Source of the DNA: Octopus sinensis
Lineage: Eukaryota
Length of the DNA: 64,000 bases
Reading direction: 5' to 3'
Assembly: GCF_006345805.1 (NCBI RefSeq)
Contig: NC_043010.1
Span: forward strand, 15,128,001-15,192,000
The notes beneath the pieces are model-generated. The model was not told where the DNA came from. It did no database searches and saw only the letters and a list, made by a program, of their open reading frames with translations. Of this stretch, positions 37,361 through 51,048 are shown piece by piece. Position 1 is the stretch's first letter, and each line of letters starts with the position of its first letter. The position numbers and the translations under genes were made by a program.

Positions 37361-37479
37361 ATACAATAAGAGGCTTCCAAATAGGAAAGCGTTGTGCTAG
37401 AAAGAGCAGTAGAAATCTCTGAGATTTCTACTGCTCTTTCTAGCACAACGCTTTCCTATTTGGAAGCCTCTTATTGTAT
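37361..37479. repeat. Perfect palindrome, 59-bp arms, axis at 37420
   Basis: ATACAATAAGAGG...AAATCTC-T-GAGATTT...CCTCTTATTGTAT. Confidence 0.9.
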
Positions 37480-37561
37480 TTCTATATGAATAATATATAG
37501 TCTAATGACTAATTCGTTTTTTGTGCAAGGCCACTGGTAATAATAATTTATTACCCTATTT

Positions 37562-37628
<67 letters not shown>

Positions 37629-37650
37629 ATATATGCACACACACACACTC

Positions 37651-37715
<65 letters not shown>

Positions 37716-38513
37716 TATATACATATATATATAGATATATATATATATATATATATACATACATACATAACTGAGATGGAAACTTCTCGTGACTCAACCA
37801 CCCCTACGCAGTATCTTTGTACCTTTTTCTGATAGTGAAACCTGTTATCTGCACATGCATATGTGTGTGCGCGTGTACGTGTGTGTAGACGTACATACGT
37901 AAGTGCATACATCCATATGATATATATGCTCACAGACATTATACTAAGCGAACAGGGCAACGGCTGTGATGACACGTTGACGATGACTTGATAAGTCACT
38001 TTAAGGCATACCCTATGTAGAGGAGGACATATTCTTGAAGCTATTGCTTTCTTCTGACACTTTGATATATTTATCATAATTACGTTCATATTCAACATGC
38101 AGCCTTCTTCCTACATTCTATTACTGTCTATCAAACAACTAATCTTTATTTCATAGCGCTCATTATATCACATTATCGTAGAGGAGATATATATTTAAGA
38201 CAGCAAATACAAGATGCGTACTTGAAGCGTCCATTATCAACAACAGCTTCTAGACATTAATTCCGGCAAATGTGTGTTAAGTTTCAGTTGCCTTATCTTG
38301 TCATTCTATCTATCTATCTATATATAATATATATATATATATATATCGATCTATCTATCTTACTAACTGTATATCTATCTATCTGTCTGTCAGTCTATAT
38401 ATCTATGTATCTATCTATCCGTCTGTCCGGATGTCTCCCTGTTTGCATACATATATATGTATGTGTGCATATATATATATAGATATATATATCTATGTAT
38501 GTATTCGTGTGTG

Positions 38514-38594
<81 letters not shown>

Positions 38595-39119
38595 ACATAA
38601 GGGACTAAAGCCATCTGAATATGGCTCGGGACAGGGCAGGGTGGTGGAGGTGTTACTGTTGCATTTAGCCCCAGGCGAACATCAACGTCGCCAGATAGGC
38701 TTGACACCATCACGGCGTCCTTTATCCTGCAAAGGGAGATAATTCCCCGATGAAGCGGAAACCACACACGGACCTAGGTCTCAAGGAAGACCTAGCATGG
38801 TCAGACGTGTCCTGTCTTGCCTTCGAAACACGCTATGTCTGCTAGCGACAGCTGATGAAGGGGATGTTTCCTTGTGCAGCATGTCCTGTACTTCGTTTTT
38901 CTGCTGTACCTAATTGTTTTTCCCGTTTTCGTTTTGGTCTTGTTCCACGTCTCTGTCCTGCTGTTGTAACAAAATGGCTTTTCCGTTTTCGTTTCTCTTG
39001 CTTTTTACGTCTTCTTGTGGTGTCCTGTACGTATATATATTTATATATGCATGTATATATACATGTAGATGTCGGTACGTACATATATGTTTGTATGTAT
39101 GCATATATTTTATTTATTA

Positions 39120-39190
<71 letters not shown>

Positions 39191-39721
39191 ACTCTTATTA
39201 CTCTTTTACACGTTTCAGTCATTAGACTGCAGCCATGCTGGAGCACCGCCTTTAGCCGAAACGAATCGACTCTAGGTGTTATTCTTTCTAAGCTTAGTAG
39301 TTATTCTATCGCCTCTTTTGCCGATCCGCTAATTTTCGGGGATATAAACATGCCAACATCCGTTGTCAAGCGATGGTGGTGGGACAAACACAGACACAAA
39401 GTCACATGCACACACACACACACGACCGTGAGTTCGCTGCCCTAACCACTAGGCCATTGCGCCTCCCCATCAGACATAGAATATGCTTAAGAATCATGTG
39501 TGAACATTTCCGTATTAGTTAACATGATCTTCTCATGCATTCCAGGTAGACAGTAAAATGTGTTGGAATTGAACATATCATTAATACCTAAGTGTCTTAA
39601 TGTCATAGCGAGAGTGTTGAAGACACTATTTGTGTCATCGTAACAATCTGAAGGGCGATAACGTATGCCTTGCCAAAACATTCACCTAACATTCATGCTA
39701 TTTCCATAAATCCTTAAATCC

Positions 39722-39985
39722 TTAAAAAATGTTTCAGCCCTAAAGCTGCGGCCATGCTGGGGCACCACCGTTGAATGTGCTACGCTAGTAAGTGAAACCA
39801 CATCTGATACGTGGCACTTGGTCAACAAGGGAGTTCGACGCCGCTGCTCGCATCTGTGTTTCCTGCCGAGAGGTAGGTTCATCTGGAAACCCTGACAAGA
39901 AGAGATCCAGTTTAGTTTTAAAGAAACTCACATCCACACCATGCAGGTCTCTCAGGCATTTAGGAAGGATATTGAAGAGCTGCAT
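39722..39985 (-). mobile_element. CR1/L2-type LINE 3' end (same family)
   Basis: ORF 39785-39985 QLFNILPKCLRDLHGVDVSFFKTKLDLFLSGFPDEP; same 3' UTR. Confidence 0.75.
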
Positions 39986-40063
39986 CTATAAAATTACATA
40001 CCACTACTCCGAACAAATACCATCTGATAGGATTTAATATGCTAAAAAAAAAAAAACGCATGC

Positions 40064-40245
40064 AGCCAGGAGTGGCTGTGTGGTAAGTAGCTTGTTTACC
40101 AACCACATGGTTCCGGGTTCAGTCCCACTGCGTGGCACCTTGGTCAAGTGTCTTATACTATAGCCTCGAGCCGACCAAAGCCTTGTGAGTGGATTTGGTA
40201 GACGGAAACTGAAAAGAAGCCCGTCGTATATATGTATATATATAT

Positions 40246-40298
<53 letters not shown>

Positions 40299-40536
40299 TA
40301 TATATATATATATGCATGTGTGTGTTTGTGTGTCTGTGTTCGTCCCCCTAGCATTGCTTGACAACCGATGCTGGTGTGTTTATGTCCCCGTTACTTAGCG
40401 GTTCGGCAAAAGAGACCGATAGAATAAGTACTGGGCTTACAAAAGAATAAGTCCCGGGGTCGAGTTGCTCAATTAAAGGCGGTGCTCCAGCATGGCCGCA
40501 GTCAAATGACTGAAACAAGTAAAAGAGTAAAAGAGT
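40064..40536 (+). mobile_element. SINE family B, full length
   Basis: Head GGAGTGGCTGTGTGGTAAG...GGTTCAGTCCC; tail GGCGGTGCTCCAGCATGGCCGCAGTCAAATGACTGAAAC plus (AGTAAAAG)n. Confidence 0.85.
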
Positions 40537-41152
40537 AACCCATCTGCATTTGTTTCCGTGCCGCATTGTTTATTTTAAGTCAGAAAATTTCTCTTACATT
40601 TAGCGAGTCTGCCTGGTTATACGATGTTAATTTAAACCAGATATTTCAGAGGCTTAACAATTTGTTCTATTACCAACTAATTCTTATGTCTCAGGATAAT
40701 CCAGGGTTCTGCATGGGGTACGCGGAACCGCCCCGAGGCTGCTCTTCACTTTTCTCTCCCACTTCAGCTACTTGACAACCAGGGTTCTTCATGAAGTACG
40801 CGAAACCGCCACGTGGCTGTTCTTCACCTTTCTCTCCTCCTTCAGCCACTTGACAACTAGTGTCTGTCTGTTTATGTCCCCATAACTTAGCATAACCAGG
40901 TTTTAAAAAAAAATTAAAAGTACGGGCGTTGATTCATTCGATTAAAAATTCTTCATAGCAGCAGTCTATGAAACAAGCAAATATAAAAGATAAAAGATTG
41001 CATTTATTACATTATTGATTATTGATCTATTACATATTAATGTTATTGTTAATCAAACACTTTTCTTCGATGTAGTTTTCCCGTTGTTTCATATTTATTG
41101 TATTCTTTTGTACTGTACTCCCAGATGTCTTCGGCGCAGATGGTTAATAAAG

Positions 41153-41219
<67 letters not shown>

Positions 41220-41320
41220 GAGTTTTAGAGAGCAGTGCATGCCATCAAAGTGACACTGGGGTAAAATATATTTTTATTATTGTTATTCTTCTTCTTCTTC
41301 TTCTTCTTCTTCTCCTTCTT

Positions 41321-41392
<72 letters not shown>

Positions 41393-41395
<3 letters not shown>

Positions 41396-41760
41396 TAGTT
41401 TTATTTTTATAGCGTGCTTTCACTTCCCTACCGAGTGCAGCTCTGTGTGCCTTGGGTATGTGCTGTGATTTGTTGTGATGCTCTGGTGGTTACTGTATTG
41501 AAAGTGTTCTGCGTGGGATGTGTGCAGTGCCCAGTAGCGTAATTTTCTGTATGTTATATATATTTGTAAGTGCTGGTGTTTTTGTTATGTATTTGTCTGA
41601 ATGTTTTTTTATCTTGCCTAATGCACCTACTATGATAGGAATTGTTTCTGTTTTTAGATTCCACATTCGAGTTACCTCTATTTCCAGGTCTTTGTATTTT
41701 CCATTTCTTTTAGAGACACGTTGCCATCTGCAGGTATTGATACATCAATTAGAAAGCATT
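41393..41760 (-). mobile_element. R4/Dong-type (RLE) LINE 3' fragment in (TAA)n
   Basis: Minus strand FLIDVSIP...KYKDLEIEVTRMWNLKTETIPIIVGALG...LLGTAHIPRRTLSIQ*; (ATT)n on both sides. Confidence 0.75.
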
Positions 41761-41778
41761 ATTATTATTATTATTATT

Positions 41779-42332
41779 GAGTGAGAGAGCAGTTCATGCC
41801 ATCAAAGTGACACTGGGGTAAAATATACGAAGCCCAATATACCCATCATGACTACCAGTCTGATAAAGGTACACCAGGCACATGCATCACAACTATATGT
41901 GCGCGACATGGTGATCTCATATCAAGATAAACAACACATGACCTTGCAGGTGGAGCCCAGTTAAAATTTTCTTCAGATCGAGTAACCCATCCCGCTCAAA
42001 TGGTCCCTGAATAAGGGTTGTTTAAGGATGTTGAAAGAACCACCCATGTTTCCAGAGGTGAATTATTCAAACCCCAAAGAATCCCTCTCAACACATGGCT
42101 ATGATGCTCCCCCACTACTTCTGCTCGTGATCAGAGATGCACATATCGTCAGCCACTAAGGGACATGCTCAACTGGTTAAGGTCAAACAATTGACAAGCA
42201 AATCTGTGGTATTGAGCAGAATATTTGCTGTAGCCCATCTTTTATACCAAGACAAAACAATGTACATGATAACACTTCCAATCAGTTAAGATCAGAAGCC
42301 ATGAGAGCCATTGCCTGGTATTGCATCAGGGC
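41779..42332 (-). mobile_element. 554-bp non-coding (TAA)n-targeted retroelement, full copy
   Basis: ATTATT|GAGTGAGAGAGCAG...CATCAGGGC|ATATTATT; further copies at 60959-61500 and 62750-63302. Confidence 0.7.
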
Positions 42333-42333
42333 A

Positions 42334-42422
<89 letters not shown>

Positions 42423-42490
42423 CATTATTATTATTATTATTATTATAATAATTATTATTATTATCATTATCATTATTATTATTATTAAGA

Positions 42491-42690
42491 GGGTGGCGAG
42501 CTGGCAGAATCGTTAGCGCGCCGGACAAAATGCTTAGCAGTATTTCGCCCGAGTTCAAATTCCGCCGAGGTCGACTTTGCCTTTCATCCTTTCGAGGTCG
42601 ATAAATTAAATACCCGTGAAATGCTGGAGTCGATGTAATCTACTAGCCCCCTCCCACCCAAATTTCAGACTTTGTGCCTTTAGTTGAGAG
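42491..42690 (+). mobile_element. SINE family A variant (different 3' end)
   Basis: Same head and core; a similar variant lies inverted at 43207-43411. Confidence 0.7.
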
Positions 42691-43436
42691 GGGTACCTAG
42701 AATGTCATCAGGTGGTCAAAGCCCTCTGCCAGTCAGCCAATGGGAACAGTGGATGTTCCGCTTTAGAAATTCTTAGAGGATTAGGGCGGGGAAGTGCGAC
42801 GACGCTCGCGGAGATACTCTAGGCGCCGATGAAAAGGAACTGATTAATCTGTTCCGGAAAACTCTCTGGTCGGGAACTATCATCTGGATAATTTCCGGAT
42901 GTCCTTGGTCTGACAGTGCTACCGGTAGTGGTGGTGGTGTTGGTGTTGGTGGGGGCTTTGCCGGTTCGAGATAAACTCTACAGGCTGTCAGACAGACTTG
43001 TCCGAGGTGCGCGTTGAGTGACATAACCGTTCTGACGCACTTGTTTCAGTGTCCAGGTATTGCCGACTTGTAGTATTATGTCGAACAGCTGCTGTGGTAG
43101 CCATAGCAATCATATTTTTGGTGGTTCTGGTTGGTGGCAATGTTTCTAGATGCAGTGAAAGTACTCTCCTACTGCTGCTATGATTCTGGCTATCGACAGA
43201 GTAATCTTTTCTACACTAGGCACAAGGCCCGAAATTTTGGGGGACGGGGGCCAGTCAATTAGATCGACCCCAGTACGCAACTAGCACTTAATTTGTCGAC
43301 TCCGAAAGGATGAAAGGCTAAGTTGAATTCGGTACAATTTCAACTCAGAACATAATGACAGACCGCTAAGCATTTCGCCTGGCGTGCTAACGTTTCTGCC
43401 AGCTCGCCGCCTTCTGTCTACAGTAATATTGACCAT

Positions 43437-43862
43437 ACTCTTTACTCTTTTACTCTTTTACTTGTTTCAGTCATTTGACTGTGGCCATACTAGAGCACCG
43501 ACTTTAGTCGAGCAAATCGACCCCAGGACTTATTCTTTGTAAGCCTAGTACTTATTCTATCGAGCTCCTTTGCCGAACCGCTAAGGGGATATAAACATAC
43601 CAGGATCGGTTGTCAAGCGATGTTGGGGGGACAAACACAGACACACAAACATATACACACACATACATGCATATATATATATATATATATATACATACGA
43701 CGGGCTTCTTTCAGTTTCCGTCCACCAAATCCACTCACAAGGCTGTGGTCGGCCCGAGGCTATAGTAGAATACACTTTCCCAAGATGCCACGCAGTGGGA
43801 CTGAACCCGGAACCATGTGATTCGTAAGCAAGCTACTTACGACACAGCCACTCCTACGCCTA
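43437..43862 (-). mobile_element. SINE family B
   Basis: Full match. Partial copies also at 3853-4003 (+) and 39194-39425 (-). Confidence 0.8.
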
Positions 43863-44199
43863 TGTCTACCTTTCATATCAATTTTCCGTTCTTAACTCTC
43901 ACATCTCTTGTTCATCCGCCTACACTTCGACATCAAGTTTTCAGTAAATTGACGTTTCTTTTTAGGGAGATTTCAAACATTTTTGAACGATAAAGGCTAA
44001 AAGGACAAAAGTGGAGGTTGGCCCTCAAGTACAGCTGGACGAAGAGACTGACCATTTACGTCTTCTCTTGTCCAATTATTCAACGAAACGTAAAACAATA
44101 GAAACAATATAATACAATAACTCCCAAGTGGTCAACAATCAACCATGATTTCATAAACCTTACTTAGAGACATATCAGCTTGACAGTCAGGTCGAAATC

Positions 44200-44252
44200 G
44201 ATAACAATAATAATAACAATAATAATATCAATAACGATAACAATAATAATAA

Positions 44253-44283
<31 letters not shown>

Positions 44284-44596
44284 AATGATAATAATAATAA
44301 TAATAATAACAATAATAATAATGATAATGAGGATAATAATTATAATAATAATAATAATAATAATGATGAAAATAATAAATAATAATAATAATACTAAATA
44401 TAATAATGATGATGATGATAATGATGACATATAAAATAATAATCATAATCATCATATAATAATAATAATAATAATGATGATGATGAATAATAATAATAAT
44501 AAATAAATAGATAATGATGATGATGATGATGAAAAAATAATAATAATAAATAATAATATGATGATGATGATGACAATAATAATAATAATAATGATG

Positions 44597-44636
<40 letters not shown>

Positions 44637-44678
44637 TGATGATGACAATAATAATAATAATATAATGATGATGATGAC

Positions 44679-44721
<43 letters not shown>

Positions 44722-45030
44722 TAATAATAATAATAATAATAACAATAATAATAATGATAATGAGGATAATAATTATAATAATAATAATAATAATAATGAT
44801 GAAAATAATAAATAATAATAATAATACTAATAATAATAATGATGATGATGATAATGATGACAATAATAATAATAATCATAATCATCATCATAATAATAAT
44901 AATAATAATGATGATGATGACAATAATAATAATAATAATAATGATAATGATGATGATGATGATGACAATAATAATAATAATAATAATAATATTGATGATG
45001 ATGATGACAATAATAATAATAATAATGATG

Positions 45031-45080
<50 letters not shown>

Positions 45081-45183
45081 TAATAATGATGATGATGACA
45101 ATATAATAATAATAATAATAATAATAATGATGATGATGACAATAATAATAATAATAATAACAATAATAATAATAATAATAATG

Positions 45184-45230
<47 letters not shown>

Positions 45231-45240
45231 CAACAACAAC
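44200..45240. repeat. Compound (AAT)n/(GAT)n microsatellite with an internal ~140-bp duplication
   Basis: The GATAATGAGGATAATAATT...TACTAA block occurs at ~44290-44400 and ~44720-44830. Confidence 0.95.
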
Positions 45241-45884
45241 AACAGGAAGAACAAAAAAGGTAAAAGATAGATGAGATGAAGAAAAATGGTAAGATGAGAA
45301 GGGGAATAAAGAGACAAAGAAATGGCAAAAGATGGATATGATGAAGTATATTATTAGTTCGTATCTTGGCAACGGATCTCCCAAGTAATTTGATAGACGA
45401 ATGACATTGACTGCGCTATGTTATAATATTGTCGTTATCTGAGGTCGTTCTGTTATCTTTAATCAAAGACACAAACACGCATACTCGTATACGAACGTAA
45501 ATATATATACAAAGATAAACGCATGCACACGCCCGTATGTATATACAAACATATACGCAAGGAAACACTCCACACACACACACCTATACATCTATACGCA
45601 AGCGAAATAACATAAGCAACAACAATGATTACTCAATTCACACACATATATATATATATTATATACATATATATATATTATATATATTACATGATTTATA
45701 AAATATACTATATATATATATATATATATAGATATATATATATATATATATATAATATATAGATATATATACAAAGAGCAATAAAGATTCAAGTTAATTT
45801 AAAAAAATTTACTTGAATATGGTACCTAACTTAGATGCACCAAAAAAAACTATACTGATTTAACAATACAGTAATGTGGGTGAT

Positions 45885-47696
45885 TATAAGCGAGAAAGAA
45901 GCAACAAGAATGGATAGGTATTTGTACGATCGTTTCATACAAGGACAGGTTTTATTAAAAGTTGCAAAGATTACAGCATATAAACGAGTCCCGTACTCAT
46001 CAGCTAAAATACATGTAAGTTTCTAGACATCCTAGTGTTTGAGGCTCTACTCATGAAGTAATGTAGATAATTAAACAGATTTCTAAAGTTCATTAAAGTT
46101 ATTTAAGATGATGACAGTCTTATCACAGAATTTTAAAAAAGTTTTGATAGCATCACAGAGAAGGTGACCTAATCCATATGAATTTCCATAGATATGATGA
46201 GGGATTATATACTCACAGAAGATAAATTTATCCATTGTTAATTACAACGAGGTGGGTCTCAATTCCTGTATTAGCATTACAGAGAGGTGAATTAATCCTT
46301 TGTAATATGCACAGATTCCAATGGTGTAGATGTAAATTTCCAGAGAAATGGAGATGAATTTCATTCACAGGCGATAAATTTACAATGGTTGAACACAATG
46401 AGGTAGGTATCAATCCTTGTTATATGATTAGGTGTTTGCCACATTAATCACATTACTTGCTATTCACAAGAGGCTGTAGCTATTTAACTCTTAAAGGCTG
46501 AAGGGCTTACTAGATCGGCCAAGAATAGAGAAGGAATAGAAGAAAAGAGAGAAAATAATGGAGGAGGGAGCAAAAAGGGGGGGGGAAGGGGGACTAAAAG
46601 AGAAGAGAAAAGGAAACAGAGAATAAGAAGAAGAAAAAGAAAAAAGAGAAAAGAGAAAGAAATAGGGAAAGAAGGGAAAAAGAAAAAGAAAAAAGGGGGT
46701 TCTAGTTATACAGAAGAGTTCGTAGACTGTAAGTATGGTTTAATCAACAGGCATCTAGGAACTAGAGGAGAATATTATTCTTTGACCAGAATAATATTCT
46801 CCTCTAGTTCCTAGATGCCTGTTGATTAAAACCAGACTTACAGTCTACGAACTCTTCTGTATAACTAGAACCCCCTTTTTTTCTTTTTCTTTTTTTCCCT
46901 TCTTTCCCTATTTCTTTCTCTTTTCTCTTTTTTATTTTCTTCTTCTTATTCTCTGTTTCCTTTTCTCTTCTTTTTAGTCCCCCTTTCCCCCCCCTTTTGC
47001 TCCCTCCTCCATTATTTTCTCTCTTTTCTTCTATTCCTTCTCTATTCTTGGCCGATCTAGTAAGCCCTTCAGCCTTTAAGAGTTAAATAGCTACAGCCTC
47101 TTGTGAATAGCAGTAATGTGAGTAATGTGGCAAACACCTAATCATATAACAAGGATTGATACCTACCTCATTGTGTTCAACCATTGTAAAATTTATCGCC
47201 TGTGAATATGAAATTCATCTCCATTCTCTGGAAATTTACATCTACACCATTGGAATCTGTGCATATATACAAAGGATTAATTCACCCTCTCTGTAATGCT
47301 AATAAGCAGGAATTGAGACCCACCTCGTTGTAATTAACAATGGATAAAATTTATCTTCTGTGAGTATATAATCCCTCATCATATCTATGGAAATTCATTG
47401 GATTAGGTCACCTTCTCTGTGATGCTATCAAAACTTTTTTAAAATTCTGTGATAAGACCTGTACATCATCTTTAAATAACTTTAATGAACTTTAGAAATC
47501 TGTTATTTAATATTCTACATTACTCATGAGTATAGCCTCAAACAATAGGATGTCTAGAGAAACTTACATGTATTTAGCTGATGAGTACGGGACTCGTTTA
47601 TATGCTGTAATCTTTGCAACTTTTAATAAAACACTGTCCTTGTATGAAAACGATCGTACTAAATACCTATCCATTGTTGTTTCCTTTCTCGCGTAT
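45885..47696. repeat. ~1.8-kb inverted repeat, ~900-bp arms, 6-nt spacer (46782-87)
   Basis: AATATTATTCT-TTGACC-AGAATAATATT axis; arms match with scattered small indels. Confidence 0.9.
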
Positions 47697-47916
47697 ATAT
47701 ATATATATATATACATGATTATATATATATTTATAATAATATATATACATGATTATATATAGATACATGATTTAATATATAATATATATTAAATGATTAT
47801 AGTATATATATATATAATAATTATATATATACATATACATGATTTACAGCAATACTTAGAAATTAATGTCAGCCACACCCACACCATAAATACTCTAGGT
47901 GTAATATATACACATA

Positions 47917-48147
47917 AAGGGCTGGCCAAAAGTCACCTGACGGTAAATCAAGACGATTTAATTCCAAGATTTATGTTTAACACCTGAATGACTTCAATAA
48001 AATCATCTAAATATGAAATATGATGGAAATTTGTTCAAACTAAAGTCCTTCTTGAGCGACACCATTTTCCCAAATGAATAAATAAAATAGAATATTGAGT
48101 ATCTATGGAATTTTGATTTACTGTCGCGTGACTTTTGGACAACCCTG
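47917..48147. mobile_element. Tc1/mariner-type MITE
   Basis: Imperfect ~31-bp TIRs AAGGGCTGGCCAAAAGTCACCTGACGGTAAA / TTTACTGTCGCGTGACTTTTGGACAACCCTG; TA on the left. Confidence 0.6.
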
Positions 48148-48228
48148 TTTAAGTGTATAAAATAAATATATATATAACACACATATGTAAGTAAGTATAT
48201 ATATAGTTATATAAAAAAAATACATGCA

Positions 48229-49100
48229 TACGAGCTCCGTTGAAAAAGTATCCAACTTTACTTTTTCTTGCCGAAACTAATGCCGTGTGGACAAAAATGT
48301 TTGGGTACGAGGAAAGGTACCTTTCGTGAGCATGCATGAAAATTTTCGTGACTCCAGGTAACGTCAGTTCCTTGCAGTTACCCGTAGATTACGGATGTGT
48401 ATGTAATGCCCTCGTCGGATTTTCGTTTTCACGCAAGATGTCCAAACGCATCGAGTAGAGACCATAAACCCATGTCTCATCACCTGTTATGATGATCTTC
48501 ATGAAGTGTGGTCCGTGATTTGTACTTTCTAGCATGTTCTGAGCGATATCTATGCGGAGTTGCTTCCACTGCTCTGCCAGCAACTTGTGAAGGAATTTCG
48601 CCGATACTCTTCGCAGGCACAAATTCTTCATTAAAATGGAATGCAGTGATTCTGCGCTTATTCCCACTTCATGAGCAATTTCCTAGATTGTTACAAGACG
48701 GTCTTCTACGACTATTCGCTGAACCTTCTGAGTCAACTCCTCGTTTCGCTTTGTGAATGGCTTCTCTGAATATTTCTTGCTCCCCACTGAGGTGCGGCTA
48801 TGTTTGAAGCTATTGTACCACTCCTTGATCCGAATTTTTCCCATGGCAACATCACCAACGGCCTGCTGAATCTTCTGGATGTTTTCAGCTTGAGTATCTA
48901 CAAGCTTTTGACAACACTTAATGCAATGTCTCTGCTTGATGAGGTCGATGTACACGAAAGTCTGACAATAGCGCGCTACACGTCTGCGCTCTAGGATTAA
49001 CAGTCGGGAACCGACAGTGTCTAGTGGTGCGAAAATTTTACCCCAGCTCAAGCGGCATAACTTCAATGGTAGTAAGCTAATTTTAGCATCAAACAGTCTG
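48229..49100 (-). pseudogene. Mariner-family transposase remnant (HTH plus ITGDETWVY), frameshifted and deleted
   Basis: ORF 48683-49129 QRHCIKCCQKL...IKEWYNSFK and ORF 48389-48667 RRVSAKF...IITGDETWVYG. TACGAG-type terminus at 48229. Confidence 0.8.
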
Positions 49101-49775
49101 GTCAAAGATTCTAGAAATATGGATGACAACTATAAAAAGACTAGAGAATTGGGCCTAACCAAGGGGTCACTTTACCTTTAGGGAAAAACTATGTCGCTTA
49201 TCTCAGCTACTTGTCATTCTCTTCCCCTTTCACTTTAATGTAACAAGCTTCTGTCAAAATCGCCAAAATGCACCAAAATTTTGTTAATGGTCATTAACAC
49301 ATATCAATTATATGCAGTAATGAATTTCTTTGCACTATCTTTATTCTATTACCCACCAAGTTATATATATATAGATGTTTCCCCAGCCTTATGTTCAATG
49401 AATATTGATTCATTAATTTATTGATTGTACATTTGTAAATACAACTTTGCAGATGAATAAAATGTTTGGAAGCTCAGATTTCGGAACGGTCATTGTCTGC
49501 AGACACAAACTTGTGAACAGCCAAAGAAGAATAGGTGAATAACAAAAACATTAAACACCGTATACACGCATATGTGCATGTACTCATGCTCACTCTCCCG
49601 CAAACACAAGCACACAGATACATACACATAATTCTTGTCTGGAACAGTGAATCTCGAAATACATAAAGCTATAAATAATAGTATATAAATATTGGGCTGA
49701 AAATCGCTTTTGAATAAAAAAGATATAGATAATATACACAATATTGATACATCTTACATATGTATATATCAAATT

Positions 49776-49814
<39 letters not shown>

Positions 49815-49823
49815 ATATATATA

Positions 49824-49857
<34 letters not shown>

Positions 49858-50220
49858 ATATATATATATAATATATATAATATATATATAACATACATTT
49901 CTCTCTCCTCTCTCTATATATATATATATATATATTAATAAATCTTAGGGTAGCAAAAAAAATTTATTTAGAAAAATTCTTTGCTACCAGTGGTCTAGCG
50001 AGAAGGAAAATTAGTCAATAGACTATATATTTCATAGAAATGTACACTGTATTTTCTACTATAAATATAATATATATACATATACATATGATAATGGTAC
50101 ACATATATACTTATATACAATATATATATATTATATATATATATATATATATATGAGGTAGAGGTTAAAAACACCATCTAAAAGACAATAAATACCCAAT
50201 ACACTACTAGATGTATACAT

Positions 50221-50480
50221 GTGGAGGCACATGGTCTAATGGTTAGAGCAGCGGTCGAGGGATCGCGGTATCGAATCTCAGACCGGCCGATGTGTGTTTT
50301 TATGCGGATCCGGCAGAAGGTAATGGCGAACTTCTGCTGACTCCTTCGCCACAATTTTCTCTCACTCTTTCCTCCTGCATCTTGCAGCTGACCTGCGATG
50401 GACCGGCGTCCCGTGCAGGTGGGGAACCTATACGCCAAGGAAACCGGGAAACCGGCCCTTATGAGCCAGACATGGCTCGA
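50221..50480 (+). mobile_element. SINE family C-related
   Basis: Near match to 52972-53265. Confidence 0.7.
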
Positions 50481-50611
50481 GGATGTATACCAAAGTGTTT
50501 ATATCCTAGTGCCTACTGTTGCAGGGCAGTAACGCAATTGAATAATAGGCATGAGTAGAGATAAAGCAGAAATTTACCCAGAATTTATAAGGCAAAAAAG
50601 AAAATGTAGAA

Positions 50612-50875
50612 AATCATTCGATAAACATCAGCCTGGAAACATTAATTTGGACCTATTTATTAATTAATTACAATCATATAAGTAATCAAAATAAATAAAA
50701 AATAAACAAGTAAATAAATAAAAAGATGAATAAATAAGTGAAAAAATATTTTTCACTCATTTATTCTTATTCATGTATTTATATTTATTTATTTATTTTG
50801 ATTACTTATATAATTGTGATTAATTAATAAATAGATCCAAACGAATGTTTCCAGGCTGATGTTTGTCGATTGATT
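50612..50875. repeat. Imperfect AT-rich palindrome (old foldback or MITE)
   Basis: AAACATCAGCCTGGAAACATT... / ...AATGTTTCCAGGCTGATGTTT; axis near 50747. Confidence 0.75.
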
Positions 50876-50920
50876 ATCCTCTCCATTTCATTATTTGCAT
50901 TATCTCTCTCTCCCTGTATG

Positions 50921-50987
<67 letters not shown>

Positions 50988-51017
50988 CATATATAATATA
51001 TATATACAACATAATAT

Positions 51018-51048
<31 letters not shown>

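Noticed and set aside
38820-38863. CCTTC-GAAAC-ACGCTAT-GTC...CAG-CTGATGA-AGGG as a type II hammerhead
   Set aside because: Core pieces and stem III are present, but stem I does not pair and competing hairpins sequester the core; single copy here.
42742-42960. Minus-strand PEQINQFLFIGA resembling a dual-specificity phosphatase motif
   Set aside because: Immediately followed by a stop, with no downstream DUSP motifs.
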